A DNA stretch of 64,000 bases from Octopus vulgaris (lineage: Eukaryota), in contig OX597815.1 of the NCBI GenBank assembly GCA_951406725.2, positions 204,166,001 to 204,230,000 on the forward strand, read 5' to 3'. Made by a program: the position numbers and the translations under genes. Shown piece by piece: positions 14,019 through 26,886 of the stretch (positions are counted from its first letter, which is position 1; each line of letters begins with the position of its first letter). The notes under the pieces are model-generated. The model did no database searches, was not told the origin of the DNA, and saw nothing but the letters and a program-made list of their open reading frames with translations.

Positions 14019-15001
14019 GGTCCCGGGTTGAGTCGGGGTTAACCACAGTAAATAAGGTACTCAATACATAGCAGGGTAAATTAATTTATTTTATAGAAGG
14101 AGCTTCTACAGGACTAGAACTGTTTCATTCAAAAGAAATCACCAGGAAGCTAGTAGACAAGAGTTGTTTTGGCATTTATACATTTAGGCAGGTTTAAATG
14201 GGTGGTGGTGGGAGACTTTTTTGGGGGTAGGCATGGCCCAAAACTGTCATTATTAGGGGAGTGGTCAAAGGAATCGGTGGTAAAGTAGATAAAAGAATAA
14301 ATAAAAGAATAAAAGAATAAAAAAATATAAAAATATAAATAGAAAACTAGAGTTTTAGGTAAGTGGGGAGACTCTCACTTGTACATCTACATATATATAT
14401 ACATACACATATACACACCCGCATATTCACATATATCTATGCATATACATACATACCCACATATACATACATATATATATACATACATACGTACACATAC
14501 ACATACATATATATATATATACATATATCTACATATATCTACACATACCCATGTACGTACACACAGATACACATATACATACACATACATACACATATGT
14601 ATACCCACTCGCACATATATATACAAATGCATATACATGCACGCACATACACACACAATGTTATTCTCTTATTTTAATTTTATTAACTACTTTTGTTTAT
14701 ATCTTTATTTTTATCTTGACCGGTCAGCTTGTCCCAAGGGATCTCTAAAGATTCCGTTTTTCTATCTACTTACCGATACGAACGCAAGCACTCACTCACG
14801 CCCACACATTCACACGTACACACACGCACGAGTTATATTCATACACGCCTACATCTACATACATTCACGTATATTCACATACACGCATACACATACATAC
14901 CTCAACACACCCACAGAAGACTAGTCCATACATATACACTAATTAATATATATACACATATACATGTACACATACATACACATACATACATATACATACA
15001 C

Positions 15002-15033
<32 letters not shown>

Positions 15034-15105
15034 ATACATATTCATATACATATACATACACATATACACTCATACATATATACACATACACACATACATA
15101 TATAT

Positions 15106-15143
<38 letters not shown>

Positions 15144-15375
15144 CGGGAAGCTTTATGAAAAAATATATATATATACATATACATACATACATACATGCGT
15201 ACACACGCACACACACGCGCGCGCGCATCTATATATACACATAAGTACATACATGCATAAATGTATACATATGTCGATACATATGCATACACATCCGCAC
15301 ACACATGCGCCTCCTTATGTTCATAAAAACATACATGCATACTGGCATATACATATATACATACATGCATACTCA

Positions 15376-15410
<35 letters not shown>

Positions 15411-15550
15411 TATATACGTGCAGTTACCCATTATTCAAACGGATACCTACATATAAACATACCCATATATATCTATTTACACATATGTATATATACATAC
15501 ATACATACACACATAACTCTACATACTTACATATACATAAACACACAAGC

Positions 15551-15625
<75 letters not shown>

Positions 15626-15705
15626 TACACACACACATATATACACATCCATATACACATATACACATACACATATACACACACATACACACACATATAT
15701 ATATA
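14016..15705 (-). mobile_element. Non-coding hammerhead-bearing element (Penelope pLTR/retrozyme-like), left arm of large inverted repeat
   Basis: Reverse complement of ~17335-18888, with unique blocks nearly identical; extends ~70 bp further at its 3' end (14016-14085). Body is TA/CA-rich low-complexity sequence with no real ORF. Confidence 0.7.
14101..14151 (-). ncRNA. Type I hammerhead ribozyme motif with mutated core (CUGGUGA)
   Basis: Minus strand: agcttc CTGGTGA tttcttttgaat GAAA cag ttctagtc ctg TA gaagct; identical to 18822-18872 except A6G in the core. Confidence 0.65.
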
Positions 15706-15711
15706 TATATG

Positions 15712-16702
15712 TATAATGACATCATCAAGCACAGCAACATAAAAATCTTTGCAGATGATTCCAAGCTACAGAAGGTCATAAATGAGGCGAGTGACCGGAC
15801 ATGCCTTCAGTCAGATCTACTGGCTGTTATCCAATGGGCAGAAAAAAACAATATGCTGCTGAACGAGGATAAATTTGAATTAATCCACTTTGGAAATGAG
15901 GATGCCCTGAAACTCCCATACTCCCTTCCTTCAGGTGAAACTCTCGCGGCGTCCAACAACATCAGAGACTTGGGAGTAATTGTGGACAACAACATAAGCT
16001 GGGCCACTCATATAAACACCAAAGTTGACATGGCCCACAGAATGTGTTCCTGGATTCTCAGAACTTTCCAGTCGAGAGATATCCACACCATTATCCTTCT
16101 CTTCTCCACTTTTGCCCGACTCCACCTTGAATACTGTTGTCCACTGTGGTCTCCCCACACAATACAAGGTATCATAAAAGGGCAATCACAAAAAAGATAG
16201 ATGGCATGACAGGCCTCGACTATTGGGGTCGACTAGAAAAGCTAAAACTCTATTCTCTCCAACGTCGTCGTGAGCGCTACATCATCTGCATGATGTGGAA
16301 AATATTCCATCAGCATTGCCCAAATGATGTTGGCATCACCTTTAAGGTACATCCAAGGCTTGGGCCCCGTGCCATCCGCCCAAAACAAAAATCGCACTCT
16401 CATCGCATAACAACAATACGGCACAATTATTTCACCTCAATTGGCCCCGCTCTCTTTAACATTACACCAAAACACATTAAAAAAGAAACTGACCCTATAG
16501 GGTTCAAGAAGTCTTTGGACAGATTCCTTCAAGAAATCCCGGATAAACCCCCTACACCCGGATATGACTCTGTAAACAATAACTCTCTACTTGAGTGGGA
16601 CATAGTGCCCAAATTCTGACTTGAAAGACTTCACCAGGTGGTGCTATTAAGTTAGACATGGCCTGGGCCAATAATGGCCGAAACCTATCAAAGTATCAAA
16701 GT
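15712..16702 (+). mobile_element. 5'-truncated CR1-group LINE (RT from the FADD motif to the 3' tail)
   Basis: [28 protein letters not shown], then after a frameshift YWGRLEKLKLYSLQRRRERY...SLDRFL; short tandem tail tatcaaagtatcaaagta. Confidence 0.9.
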
Positions 16703-17185
16703 ATATATATATATACATTTACACACACATTTTTACACATATATATATATACACACATACACATACACACACATACACATATATATACATATATATATAC
16801 ATATATATACATATATACATACACATGTGCATACATACACATATATACATATATATACATATATACACATACATACACACAAGCACATACATGCATAAAT
16901 GTATACATATGTTTATACAAATGCATACACATACACACACTCACGCGCCTCCTTATATACATAAATACATACATGCATACAAACGCATACTCATGTAATA
17001 AATAATGAATAATAAATAATAGATATATATACACATGCAGTTACCCTTTGCACAGACGGAAACATACATATAGGCATACACGTATATACCCATCTACACA
17101 TATGTATATATACATACATACACATACACACAACTCTACATACTTACATATACATAAACACACGAGCGTACACACATATATATAT

Positions 17186-17230
<45 letters not shown>

Positions 17231-17334
17231 CACACACACACACATACATATACATACATATATACACACATACATACACATACATACACACATACATACA
17301 CATATATATACATACACATACATACATACACACG

Positions 17335-19085
<1,751 letters not shown>

Positions 19086-19585
19086 CAGGGTGGGTGGAGA
19101 GTGACTAGGTATTAAAAATTGCTAGAACTTCGAGTATCACTGAAGTCGTGACGAAGACATTTTTAAAATAGACAATACTAATAGAAATTTCTTATTTTCT
19201 TATTGTATTATTCTTCATTTCTTATTTGCAGATGGCCGGTCGCTTGACCATTCCGGAACGAGCTGAGATCGCAGTACGCTAAGAAGTGTGGAATACTATT
19301 GTTTTGATTCAGAGATCGTGGTGTGCATGGAAAAGTAAGCATGCAACACTACCTCCGGTGACAATAAAAAAGTTGTCATGCAAAGCTGATGATCACGGGC
19401 TCAGTGAAAGATGAAAGAAGTGGCCGTCCAACCACATCCCGATCAGCAAAGAACGTGGCAACAGTACGGGAAATGTTTAATCGCGTTTCTGCAAAAATCA
19501 ACACGCCAAGCAGCTCGTGAAAGTGGACTTAACAAGACACACAATACGTACAGTGTTGCATAAAGAACTGAATTTTCTCCGAGAA
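19086..19585 (+). mobile_element. Tc1/mariner-superfamily transposon 5' fragment (DUF4817-type HTH), degenerate
   Basis: Starts cagggtgg (TIR-like). From ATG ~19231: MAGRLTIPERAEIAVR*EVWNTIVLIQRSW...HAKLMITGSVKDERSGRPTTSRS...KSTRQAARESGL...IRTVLHKELNF. Interrupted by a SINE. Confidence 0.7.
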
Positions 19586-19607
19586 GCAGTTCTAGTATAA
19601 TAGATAT

Positions 19608-20004
19608 TTTTTCTACTCTAGGCACAAGGGGACCGAAATTTGTGGGGGTGGGGGCTGTCGATTATATCGACTCTAGTACCAAATTGGTTCTTAAGTTTTC
19701 GTCTCTGAAAGAATGAAAGGCAAAGTCGACCTCAGCGGAATTTGAACTCGGAGCATAAAGACAGACGAAATACCTATTTCTTTACTACCCACAAGGGGCT
19801 AAACACAGAGGGAACAAACAAGGACAGACAAATGGATTAAGTCAATTATATCAATCCCAGTGCGTAACTGGTACTTATTTAATTGACCCCGAAAGGATGA
19901 AAAGCAAAGTCGACCTCGGCAGAATTTGAACTCAGAACGTTCGCAGACGAAATACCGCTAAGCAGTTCGCCTGGCGTGCTAACGTTTCTGCCAGCTCGCC
20001 GCCT
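19608..20004 (-). mobile_element. SINE family B dimer
   Basis: Two tandem units with the gtcgacctc.gc.gaatttgaactc core; probable TSD tagtataata.atatt at ~19593 and ~20007. Confidence 0.85.
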
Positions 20005-20014
20005 TGTAGTATAA

Positions 20015-20428
20015 TAAATATTAACTATAAACACTAATATATTTGCTTTGTATATTTTCCGGAGGCTACAATGGTGTAGTGGAGTATATAATTCTCATAT
20101 CGCCGGTGTTCAACCACCTTAGAGTCATGGACACGTGAGATAACTCACCCTCAAGCACATTTGGGAATGATGGAGATTGATATTTCGCCATCACAAAATG
20201 TGGTTTGTCAGCATCATGCACCCGTCTGGTGACAAGCCACGAAAATGGCGAAGCATCGATGTACATCACTCCCAAACGGGATTGAGGATGAATTATTACA
20301 CCTGTCTATGACTCTAAGGTGTTTTTAACACCGGCGACATGAGAGTTATATACTATGCTTAGCCACTGCAACCACGGAAAATACAAAATGTAAATATTGA
20401 TACATTAGTATATCAATTTAATAATATT
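20015..20428. mobile_element. MITE-like element with long imperfect TIRs
   Basis: agtatataattctcatatcgccggtgtt...ttagagtcatggaca (from ~20083) pairs with tgtctatgactctaaggtg...aacaccggcgacatgagagttatatact (to ~20354); the inverted similarity extends outward to ~20015 and ~20428. Confidence 0.7.
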
Positions 20429-20440
20429 CATACATACATA

Positions 20441-20487
<47 letters not shown>

Positions 20488-20608
20488 TAGCAGCATAGCC
20501 CGGCGTTGCCCGGGTATGTAAGAGCCCCTAGTAGGCAACGACTAATCCCAATGTAGTCCTTTCCCTCCAGGGAACGAAGGTGCATGTGGACGTTGCAATG
20601 TCTTGTCT

Positions 20609-23600
20609 TCACTGGAATACTTCTGTATATACGATGTTCCTAGCTGTCCGTTTGGGCGAAAACATGAAAACATCATTGCGCCTCCCAACGCGTGAACAGC
20701 CCACGTAGAGTTGACCGTGGGCGAAGCACTGTTCGCCCAAATGTAACCCAGCGACTTGTAGCGTTTGGCCTTGGGATTTATTGATGGACATTGCGAAGCA
20801 GAGTTTAACAGGAAACTGAGAACGCCTGAAGTGGATTGGTAGGTCAGCGCCCGACGGTTGAAGGTGCATCCGTGGAATGAAGACGTCCTCTCCCTTCCCA
20901 CAACCGGTAAGTATTGTGGCCGTTATTAAATGTGGTGCCAAATGTTTCACAACCAAACGTGTGCCGTTGCACTGTTTAGGTGGAACCAAATTCCTGATGA
21001 GCATAATGGGCGCACCGACTTTTAACTTCAGGATGTGTGGTGGCAGGCCTGACGGTTCAAGTGAAATCAGGAATTCAACAGGATAATCGGCAAGCTGGGC
21101 GGGGTCTGCTGTCCTATCTATAGATTTGTAGACGTGGACATCACCAGGAATAGCTTCAAGTAGCTGGATATTGATGGAGTTGACGGTTGTATTTTTGGGT
21201 GCGAGAATAGCTCTGCCTGCCAGCCATTTTAGGTCGCGTAAATTGTTTTGTAGGTCGTGGAAGACAGCGTCCCGGAGGCTAGCAGGGGTGTCGACAATGG
21301 TGCAAAGTGAGTCCAATTGAACGTAGCCATCCGCATCAGACAGCATCCTATTTTCACCGAGCGATAAGAGGTCCCTGGAGAATGCAGCGGATCCGCTGTC
21401 ACCAATTAACTGCGCGCGCATGTTAGTTTGGAGGTGCAAGGGCCGCACATGTGCCCAAAGAGCTGACGACTTAAGGCACGCGCGCACGGCATCGGCACGG
21501 GTTCCTTTTGGAATAACAGGTAGAGTCTGCCTGAAGTCTCCTGAAAGAAGTAAAGTTAATCCTCCCATGGGGGCCGTAGAGTCTCTGATGTCTTGCAGGG
21601 ACCTGTCCAGTGCCTCAAGGGCTCCTTCGTGTGCCATAGTGCACTCGTCCCATACGATGAGTTTGCATCTGCGCAGAATGTCGGCCTGTTCTGAGTTCTT
21701 GGCGATGTTGCAGATAGGTGACTCAGACTTTGCCAGATCGAGCGGGAGTCTGAAGGCAGAGTGGGCGGTTCTGCCACCCGGAAGCAACGTGGCTGCGATA
21801 CCAGAGGAAGCTACAGCCAGGGCAATGTCCGTGTTGCGTCTGACCTCTGCCAGAATTAGTTTAGTGACGAAGGTTTTGCCAGTGCCGCCGGGTGCATCAA
21901 GGAAGAAAATCCCCCCACGTTGCTGTCTGACAGAGTCTACGATGGTGTTGTAGGCTATGCGCTGGTCTGGAAGCAGCCGTGGTTCATTATCTTGGACGTA
22001 CTGGTGCAGTTCCTCAATGCAGTAGGAAGTTTCGCGTAACAATTCAGCAGACATAACATTGGCGTGTTCACGTGTGGGTGGTGGAAGGCCGTACTCTGTT
22101 AAAGCAGACCCACCCATATCGATGACAGCGTCTTCGAGTTGAATGAGCGCAAAATTGTAAATGAAGTTGGTGAACGTGATCTCGGCGGAAGGGCAGTGTT
22201 GCTGAGCCGTACGTAAGAAGTCGTGCGACATGTCATCCCTGTATTTCATCCAGAGACTTAGTGGATCACTAAGCTGACATTTTTGAAGAAGGATTGCGAA
22301 AAGATGTCGTAGGGCCGAATGCGTTTGCAGTAAAGCACCCTCTGCCATCGTGGCGTCCCACTGGGAGTCATCCTCTAGAAGGCCAAGTCTCATACATGCT
22401 TCCCTGAAGGTGTCGCACAGAACCCCATTGACGGTACGTATATTGGCGAAACCTGTTGGACCAGTGACCTCATGTAGAAGGAGACGGAGGTAGAAGCATT
22501 CTTGCTGGTTTGGCGGGATGTTGTAAACTCGACCCAGGCAGGAGTCAAACTTGACGCCTGGGAAGCTTTCGACGTTTTTGCCGGATTTCCGTCGAACCCA
22601 GGAGTTTTTAGACCACACGAAGTACGATGGGACCTGTGGGTACAAAAGCGTTCGAGCGAAGTCATCACGTTGGCATAATTTGAAGAAACCAGTCAACGTT
22701 GTGTCTTTAGGGCTGGTGGCTATCTGCACAGCACTTTGCTCTATGAAGTAAATCCGCTGTCCATTTTCCAAGTGTACAGCAAGCTGCACCACCGCCAGGT
22801 GTCTCTGATGGAGCGGGAAGCCGTAAATGCGCCAAAACGCTTCGTTGCTGCTGAGGTACCGGCCAGCCAAGTAGTTGGACACTTCGTCGCGACTGGTGGT
22901 CCTCTGGATGCTGAACATGGCAGCATCGCTGCCTTTGTTGATATATTTGCAGACATATTGTATTGACCTGATGGAGCTGCAGAACTCAACGTTGACGTGG
23001 GCTTTGAATATCTTCGACAGGAGAGGACAGTAGGGGACAATGTAGCTGTTGTCCACTTGATGTCGCCCAACCGTAATCGTGCGGCCTCCATTGGCTGGAC
23101 TCCTTCGTTTGTACAGCGGATACCCATCGCCGCCTGTTTGAGTCTCCAAAGTGAACCGTTTAGGGAATCCCTTTGAGCAGGCTAATCCGTTTTTGTAGCA
23201 TGGTGTGTTGGCGTAATTTGGTCCACAGGGCCCGTGTACCATGGTAGTGCGGACAATTTCGTAGAGTCCGGGGTCCTCATCGGGGTCAGGAATCTCGGCG
23301 GAAATGAATTTGTCAATGTCATTAGTCTCGATTTTATGAGTGAGCCAAATTAAGATGTGAGCATGTGGCAAGCCCCTCTTTTGCCACTCGACCGAAAACA
23401 TGTGGCACCTGACATGCCCGAAAATCTGACCCTTAACTATCAAATCCTTCATTTTGCCCAAATTCAGACGGAAAACCCTAGCAACGATGTCGTGTCGATG
23501 GGTGTGAGATTGACCCGGGAGGAGTTCGCGAGTGATTTCGTCGCAGCTGGGATTGCACGTGTAGGTGATAAAGAGGTCCGGCCGGCCGTAAATGCGCACG

Positions 23601-25480
23601 TAGGTCAAGGCGTCTTGGGTCCTTTCACGCATATATCGCGGTCCTCCCGTGAAGGTGGAGGGTAGAATGCATGGCTTGCCGATGTTGCGAGGGTCATTTT
23701 CTTGTTGCAAACCGTCACGGAGATGAATGTAGGAGTCGGAGCGAAGTTTGGTCTGATTAAGTTTAATGTATAGCAGCCTTTCCGATTCTATTTTTGCGGC
23801 CATGTCGACGGCGAACTGGTTGAATAGCTGACGACAACGGGGCAATAAGTTGAACTCACCCTCCCTGACCATGAACCGGTATGAGTAGAACGCCCTGCAG
23901 GAAACCGTCTTTGATGCCGCAGTAGTTTGATTGGAGGGCTGCCGTAAAGGAATTCCGAAGTGGTAGCCGTCTTCCCCATAAGGGAAAAGCAATGGATACT
24001 GAAGCGCGTCATAAGATCTGTGAGTCTCGCTGATCCTGTGTAGGTTGTTACCACGGGAGGAGATGATTATGTCACGGCTGTTGTGTTGCTCTCCGTGTAT
24101 GACTGCGGCAATTTCGTTGCACGCAGGTGCGTTGAAACGGCGTTCGTGCTCCCCGTGGGGTCGTTTATCAGCATCAATGACAACGGTGAAGTTTGGAGAT
24201 GGAGCACTGTCCAAGGCATATCTGAAGCTGCAGACGTAGCTGTTGATATCATGAAGCATGGTTTGGAGGCGGAGAAGAATGTCTTTGCGGGGAACATAGC
24301 TTGTACCCGGTATTATTCCAAGGCGTGCATCAACCTGGTGGTTGTAGTCGGCAATGAAGTATATTTGGAGGAAAGAAGACTGCTGAATCTCGTCTGGCAG
24401 AAGTGACCCAATAAGATGGTAGACCTGTCCCTGCACTTTGAAAGTAGGCATCCAGCCTTCTCTGGGAGGAATTTTGGCCCCGAAAGAGGTCATTTGGAAT
24501 GAGCAGTTGTACTTTCGAATTATTTCAAGGAATTGTGACAAATCGGGGGTTAAACCCGCCGCGAGATCCTTCAGTGGTTGAGGTGGTTCCCGTAGGGGTG
24601 GCAGGTCCACTTTGCCACCAGAGCAGCACAAACCAGGTGGCTCTCCGGGCCATTTCTTGGCTTTGCAAAACTGGCATACAATTGTCATTGACCCTATCTT
24701 GATGTCGTCACGCAAGGAGAAGTTAATTGTGGCGTCGTAGTTGAATGCTAGTGACAACCAGAAAGCGGGGGCAGGGGTACGTACACCACGAATGATATCC
24801 CGACGTTTGTTGATACTCTCAAGTCGAGTGCACCGTGCCTCAGCAGATTCAGATGCACGTGCGACAGCGGTAGCAGTGGCATCCCTTGAAAGCCTTTCAG
24901 CTCTCGCCTCAGCACCCTTTGAAGCCCTAGCAGAAGCAGTGTTAATGGCATGTCTGGATGTCCGAATAGTCCGTTGGTGTGGAGTTTCGGCAGATCGAGC
25001 CCTGGCTGTGTTTGCGGCGTTAGCAGCTTGGCGAGCTCTCCTCTGTTGAGGTGTTTCGGCAGCTTTGGCCATGGCTTTTTTTGCGGCGTCAGCATCTTGG
25101 CGAGTTCTCCTCTGCTGTGAGGTTTCGACAGATCGTGTCCTGGCGGTGCTAGTGGCGTTAGCCGCATTCCGAATGGCACTTTGTTCGGGGTTCTCGCGAG
25201 CTCTGCGGATGGAAGCACAGTAAGAAGCCCGCATGTTTTGGCTGGACTGTTGCTCTTTCGTCAACCTCGAGCGGAGGAAAGATCTGTACGCTGCGACCCT
25301 TGCAAGTCGGGTAGAACGGTCGCTAGTAGTTTCAGATGCCTGAGCAGCGGCATAACGGGAAGCTGTTTGCGAGGGGCGCAAGGCGGTTTCCTCGGGGGTC
25401 TCGCGTGCCCTTCTAGCCCTAGCAGCCGATGCCTTGGCCGTCCGAGGGCTGAGGAGGGTCCTTCTCTTCTTGGGTGGCAT
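20609..25480 (-). CDS. Helitron Rep/helicase (HUH endonuclease plus PIF1-family SF1 helicase), 1623 aa from MPPKKRR; frame open to 25750
   Basis: NLS-like MPPKKRR; Arg/Ala-rich ETxxQRxxR repeats; Zn-finger-like CQFC...CCSGGK; Rep motifs FITYTCNP, VEWQKRGLPHAHIL, YVCKYINKG; helicase motifs DAPGGTGKT, IVWDECTM, GDFRQTLPV, FAMSINKSQGQT, HGQLYVGCSRV. No stops or introns. Confidence 0.95.
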   Translation of the reverse strand: MPPKKRRTLLSPRTAKASAARARRARETPEETALRPSQTASRYAAAQASETTSDRSTRLARVAAYRSFLRSRLTKEQQSSQNMRASYCASIRRARENPEQSAIRNAANATSTARTRSVETSQQRRTRQDADAAKKAMAKAAETPQQRRARQAANAANTARARSAETPHQRTIRTSRHAINTASARASKGAEARAERLSRDATATAVARASESAEARCTRLESINKRRDIIRGVRTPAPAFWLSLAFNYDATINFSLRDDIKIGSMTIVCQFCKAKKWPGEPPGLCCSGGKVDLPPLREPPQPLKDLAAGLTPDLSQFLEIIRKYNCSFQMTSFGAKIPPREGWMPTFKVQGQVYHLIGSLLPDEIQQSSFLQIYFIADYNHQVDARLGIIPGTSYVPRKDILLRLQTMLHDINSYVCSFRYALDSAPSPNFTVVIDADKRPHGEHERRFNAPACNEIAAVIHGEQHNSRDIIISSRGNNLHRISETHRSYDALQYPLLFPYGEDGYHFGIPLRQPSNQTTAASKTVSCRAFYSYRFMVREGEFNLLPRCRQLFNQFAVDMAAKIESERLLYIKLNQTKLRSDSYIHLRDGLQQENDPRNIGKPCILPSTFTGGPRYMRERTQDALTYVRIYGRPDLFITYTCNPSCDEITRELLPGQSHTHRHDIVARVFRLNLGKMKDLIVKGQIFGHVRCHMFSVEWQKRGLPHAHILIWLTHKIETNDIDKFISAEIPDPDEDPGLYEIVRTTMVHGPCGPNYANTPCYKNGLACSKGFPKRFTLETQTGGDGYPLYKRRSPANGGRTITVGRHQVDNSYIVPYCPLLSKIFKAHVNVEFCSSIRSIQYVCKYINKGSDAAMFSIQRTTSRDEVSNYLAGRYLSSNEAFWRIYGFPLHQRHLAVVQLAVHLENGQRIYFIEQSAVQIATSPKDTTLTGFFKLCQRDDFARTLLYPQVPSYFVWSKNSWVRRKSGKNVESFPGVKFDSCLGRVYNIPPNQQECFYLRLLLHEVTGPTGFANIRTVNGVLCDTFREACMRLGLLEDDSQWDATMAEGALLQTHSALRHLFAILLQKCQLSDPLSLWMKYRDDMSHDFLRTAQQHCPSAEITFTNFIYNFALIQLEDAVIDMGGSALTEYGLPPPTREHANVMSAELLRETSYCIEELHQYVQDNEPRLLPDQRIAYNTIVDSVRQQRGGIFFLDAPGGTGKTFVTKLILAEVRRNTDIALAVASSGIAATLLPGGRTAHSAFRLPLDLAKSESPICNIAKNSEQADILRRCKLIVWDECTMAHEGALEALDRSLQDIRDSTAPMGGLTLLLSGDFRQTLPVIPKGTRADAVRACLKSSALWAHVRPLHLQTNMRAQLIGDSGSAAFSRDLLSLGENRMLSDADGYVQLDSLCTIVDTPASLRDAVFHDLQNNLRDLKWLAGRAILAPKNTTVNSINIQLLEAIPGDVHVYKSIDRTADPAQLADYPVEFLISLEPSGLPPHILKLKVGAPIMLIRNLVPPKQCNGTRLVVKHLAPHLITATILTGCGKGEDVFIPRMHLQPSGADLPIHFRRSQFPVKLCFAMSINKSQGQTLQVAGLHLGEQCFAHGQLYVGCSRVGRRNDVFMFSPKRTARNIVYTEVFQ

Positions 25481-25602
25481 TTTGGTGGATAGCAATGTGT
25501 TTGGCAAAGGTGTAATAAAAAGGAACACGTGGGGTAAGTATTTTGGTGGATAGCAATGTGTTTGGTAAAGGTGTAATAAAAAGGAGCTCGTGGGGTAAGT
25601 AT
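25481..25602. repeat. ~61 bp tandem duplication immediately upstream of the Helitron ATG
   Basis: tttggtggatagcaatgtgtttgg(c/t)aaaggtgtaataaaaagga..cgtggggtaagtat occurs twice in tandem. Confidence 0.9.
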
Positions 25603-26626
25603 CCGAAAATGTATAAAAATGTACAAAAACGGCCAAAAAGCTGGCAGCAATGTGAGTGACAACAACGAAAAAGTCAAAAGTGATCAAACTGAACAAACGA
25701 AAGGAAAAGTTTTTTGATGCACACGACAAAAGTGGTTTATAATAAACCAAGAGTTTGCAAGTAGCGTCCGAGGACCGTTAGGGTACGTCAAAAATTGAAG
25801 GTAAGACGTTTGGGGTGGTAGTTATAAAGAAAGTGTAAACAAAAAAAGTATTCGAATAACTTGCGGCTGCAGCAGCTATTAGCAGAAGTGGCGGTGTTGG
25901 GGGTAAAGTCTCGAATGTAATTTCTTCCTGGTAGGAATTGGTTGGACCGAATTATCGATAGCTAAAAAGGTCAAGTTGCGTCCCCTAGACAGTCTGGTTT
26001 GTGTTTAATACACAAATTTGTTTGCTATGTGTGCCACATATGATTAAATTAACCGATTTTTTCCAATAATGTATCCTATTGGAATAAAAAGGGTTATATA
26101 GCTCCTTGGAGCAGACATGATGCTCGTTGTGAAAAAAAAAAGATTCCTGCCAATTTGTGAAAGATATTGTCGAAAATATGTCATCTTGAATTTGAACGCG
26201 ATTTCCCAAAATGGCATGATTTTATCGATTGTTTCTGATGGTAAGGTATTGCATGGAAAACTAACGTCAGAATTGAGTTTCTTAGGGTAACATTAAGCTT
26301 CACCATGAGTTTGGTGAAAATCGATTGCAAGTTGTGAAAACTACCATAGATAATGCGTTGCATAAAAAAAGCTTAGATTCTCGAGTTGCGTCCCCTAGAC
26401 AGTCTGTGGTTCGTGTTTATGATTGTCGACCCCATGTCGAATTTATCAATTTTTTTCAGAACTGGGGGAACTTTTCAAAATTTTCGCTGCGTTAGTTTTG
26501 AATTATGACATTGGGCTATGTGTGTGTCAAGTTTCATCAGAATCGGTTGAAAGCCGTGGTCAGGGTGAGGGTACGAGAAAACAGACACACAGAAGCACGC
26601 ACAGACAAACTGCCGTTTATATATAG

Positions 26627-26661
<35 letters not shown>

Positions 26662-26854
26662 ACAGAGTAAGACAGAGAGGGGGGGTAGGTGTGAAGGAGG
26701 AGTAAGGGAGGGAATTATTCCATTAATTAATGGTTTTAACTTCTATAAATGCTAATTCAATTTTCATTTCTTTGTATAACTACTTGTGTGAACGTGTGTA
26801 TGAGTATACATACATACATACATACATACATACATACATACATACATACATACA

Positions 26855-26886
<32 letters not shown>

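Larger units (their letters stand above)
20487..26627 (-). mobile_element. Complete, potentially autonomous Helitron (Helitron1 type)
   Basis: Minus-strand 5' end A|TCTATATATAAACGGCAG at 26627; 3' end cccgg-gcaacg-ccggg hairpin plus ctatgctgCTAG|T at 20487; inserted in a (TA)n run without TSD; contains an intact RepHel ORF. Confidence 0.93.

Noticed and set aside
20542-25677. Antisense and alternate-frame ORFs overlapping the Helitron ORF
   Set aside because: Expected by-products of a GC-rich long ORF; no recognisable motifs.
25481-25750. N-terminal 90 aa of the 1713-aa ORF call
   Set aside because: Begins at a non-ATG codon and runs through a tandem duplication; ATG 25480 (aaaATGc, MPPKKRR) is the more plausible start.
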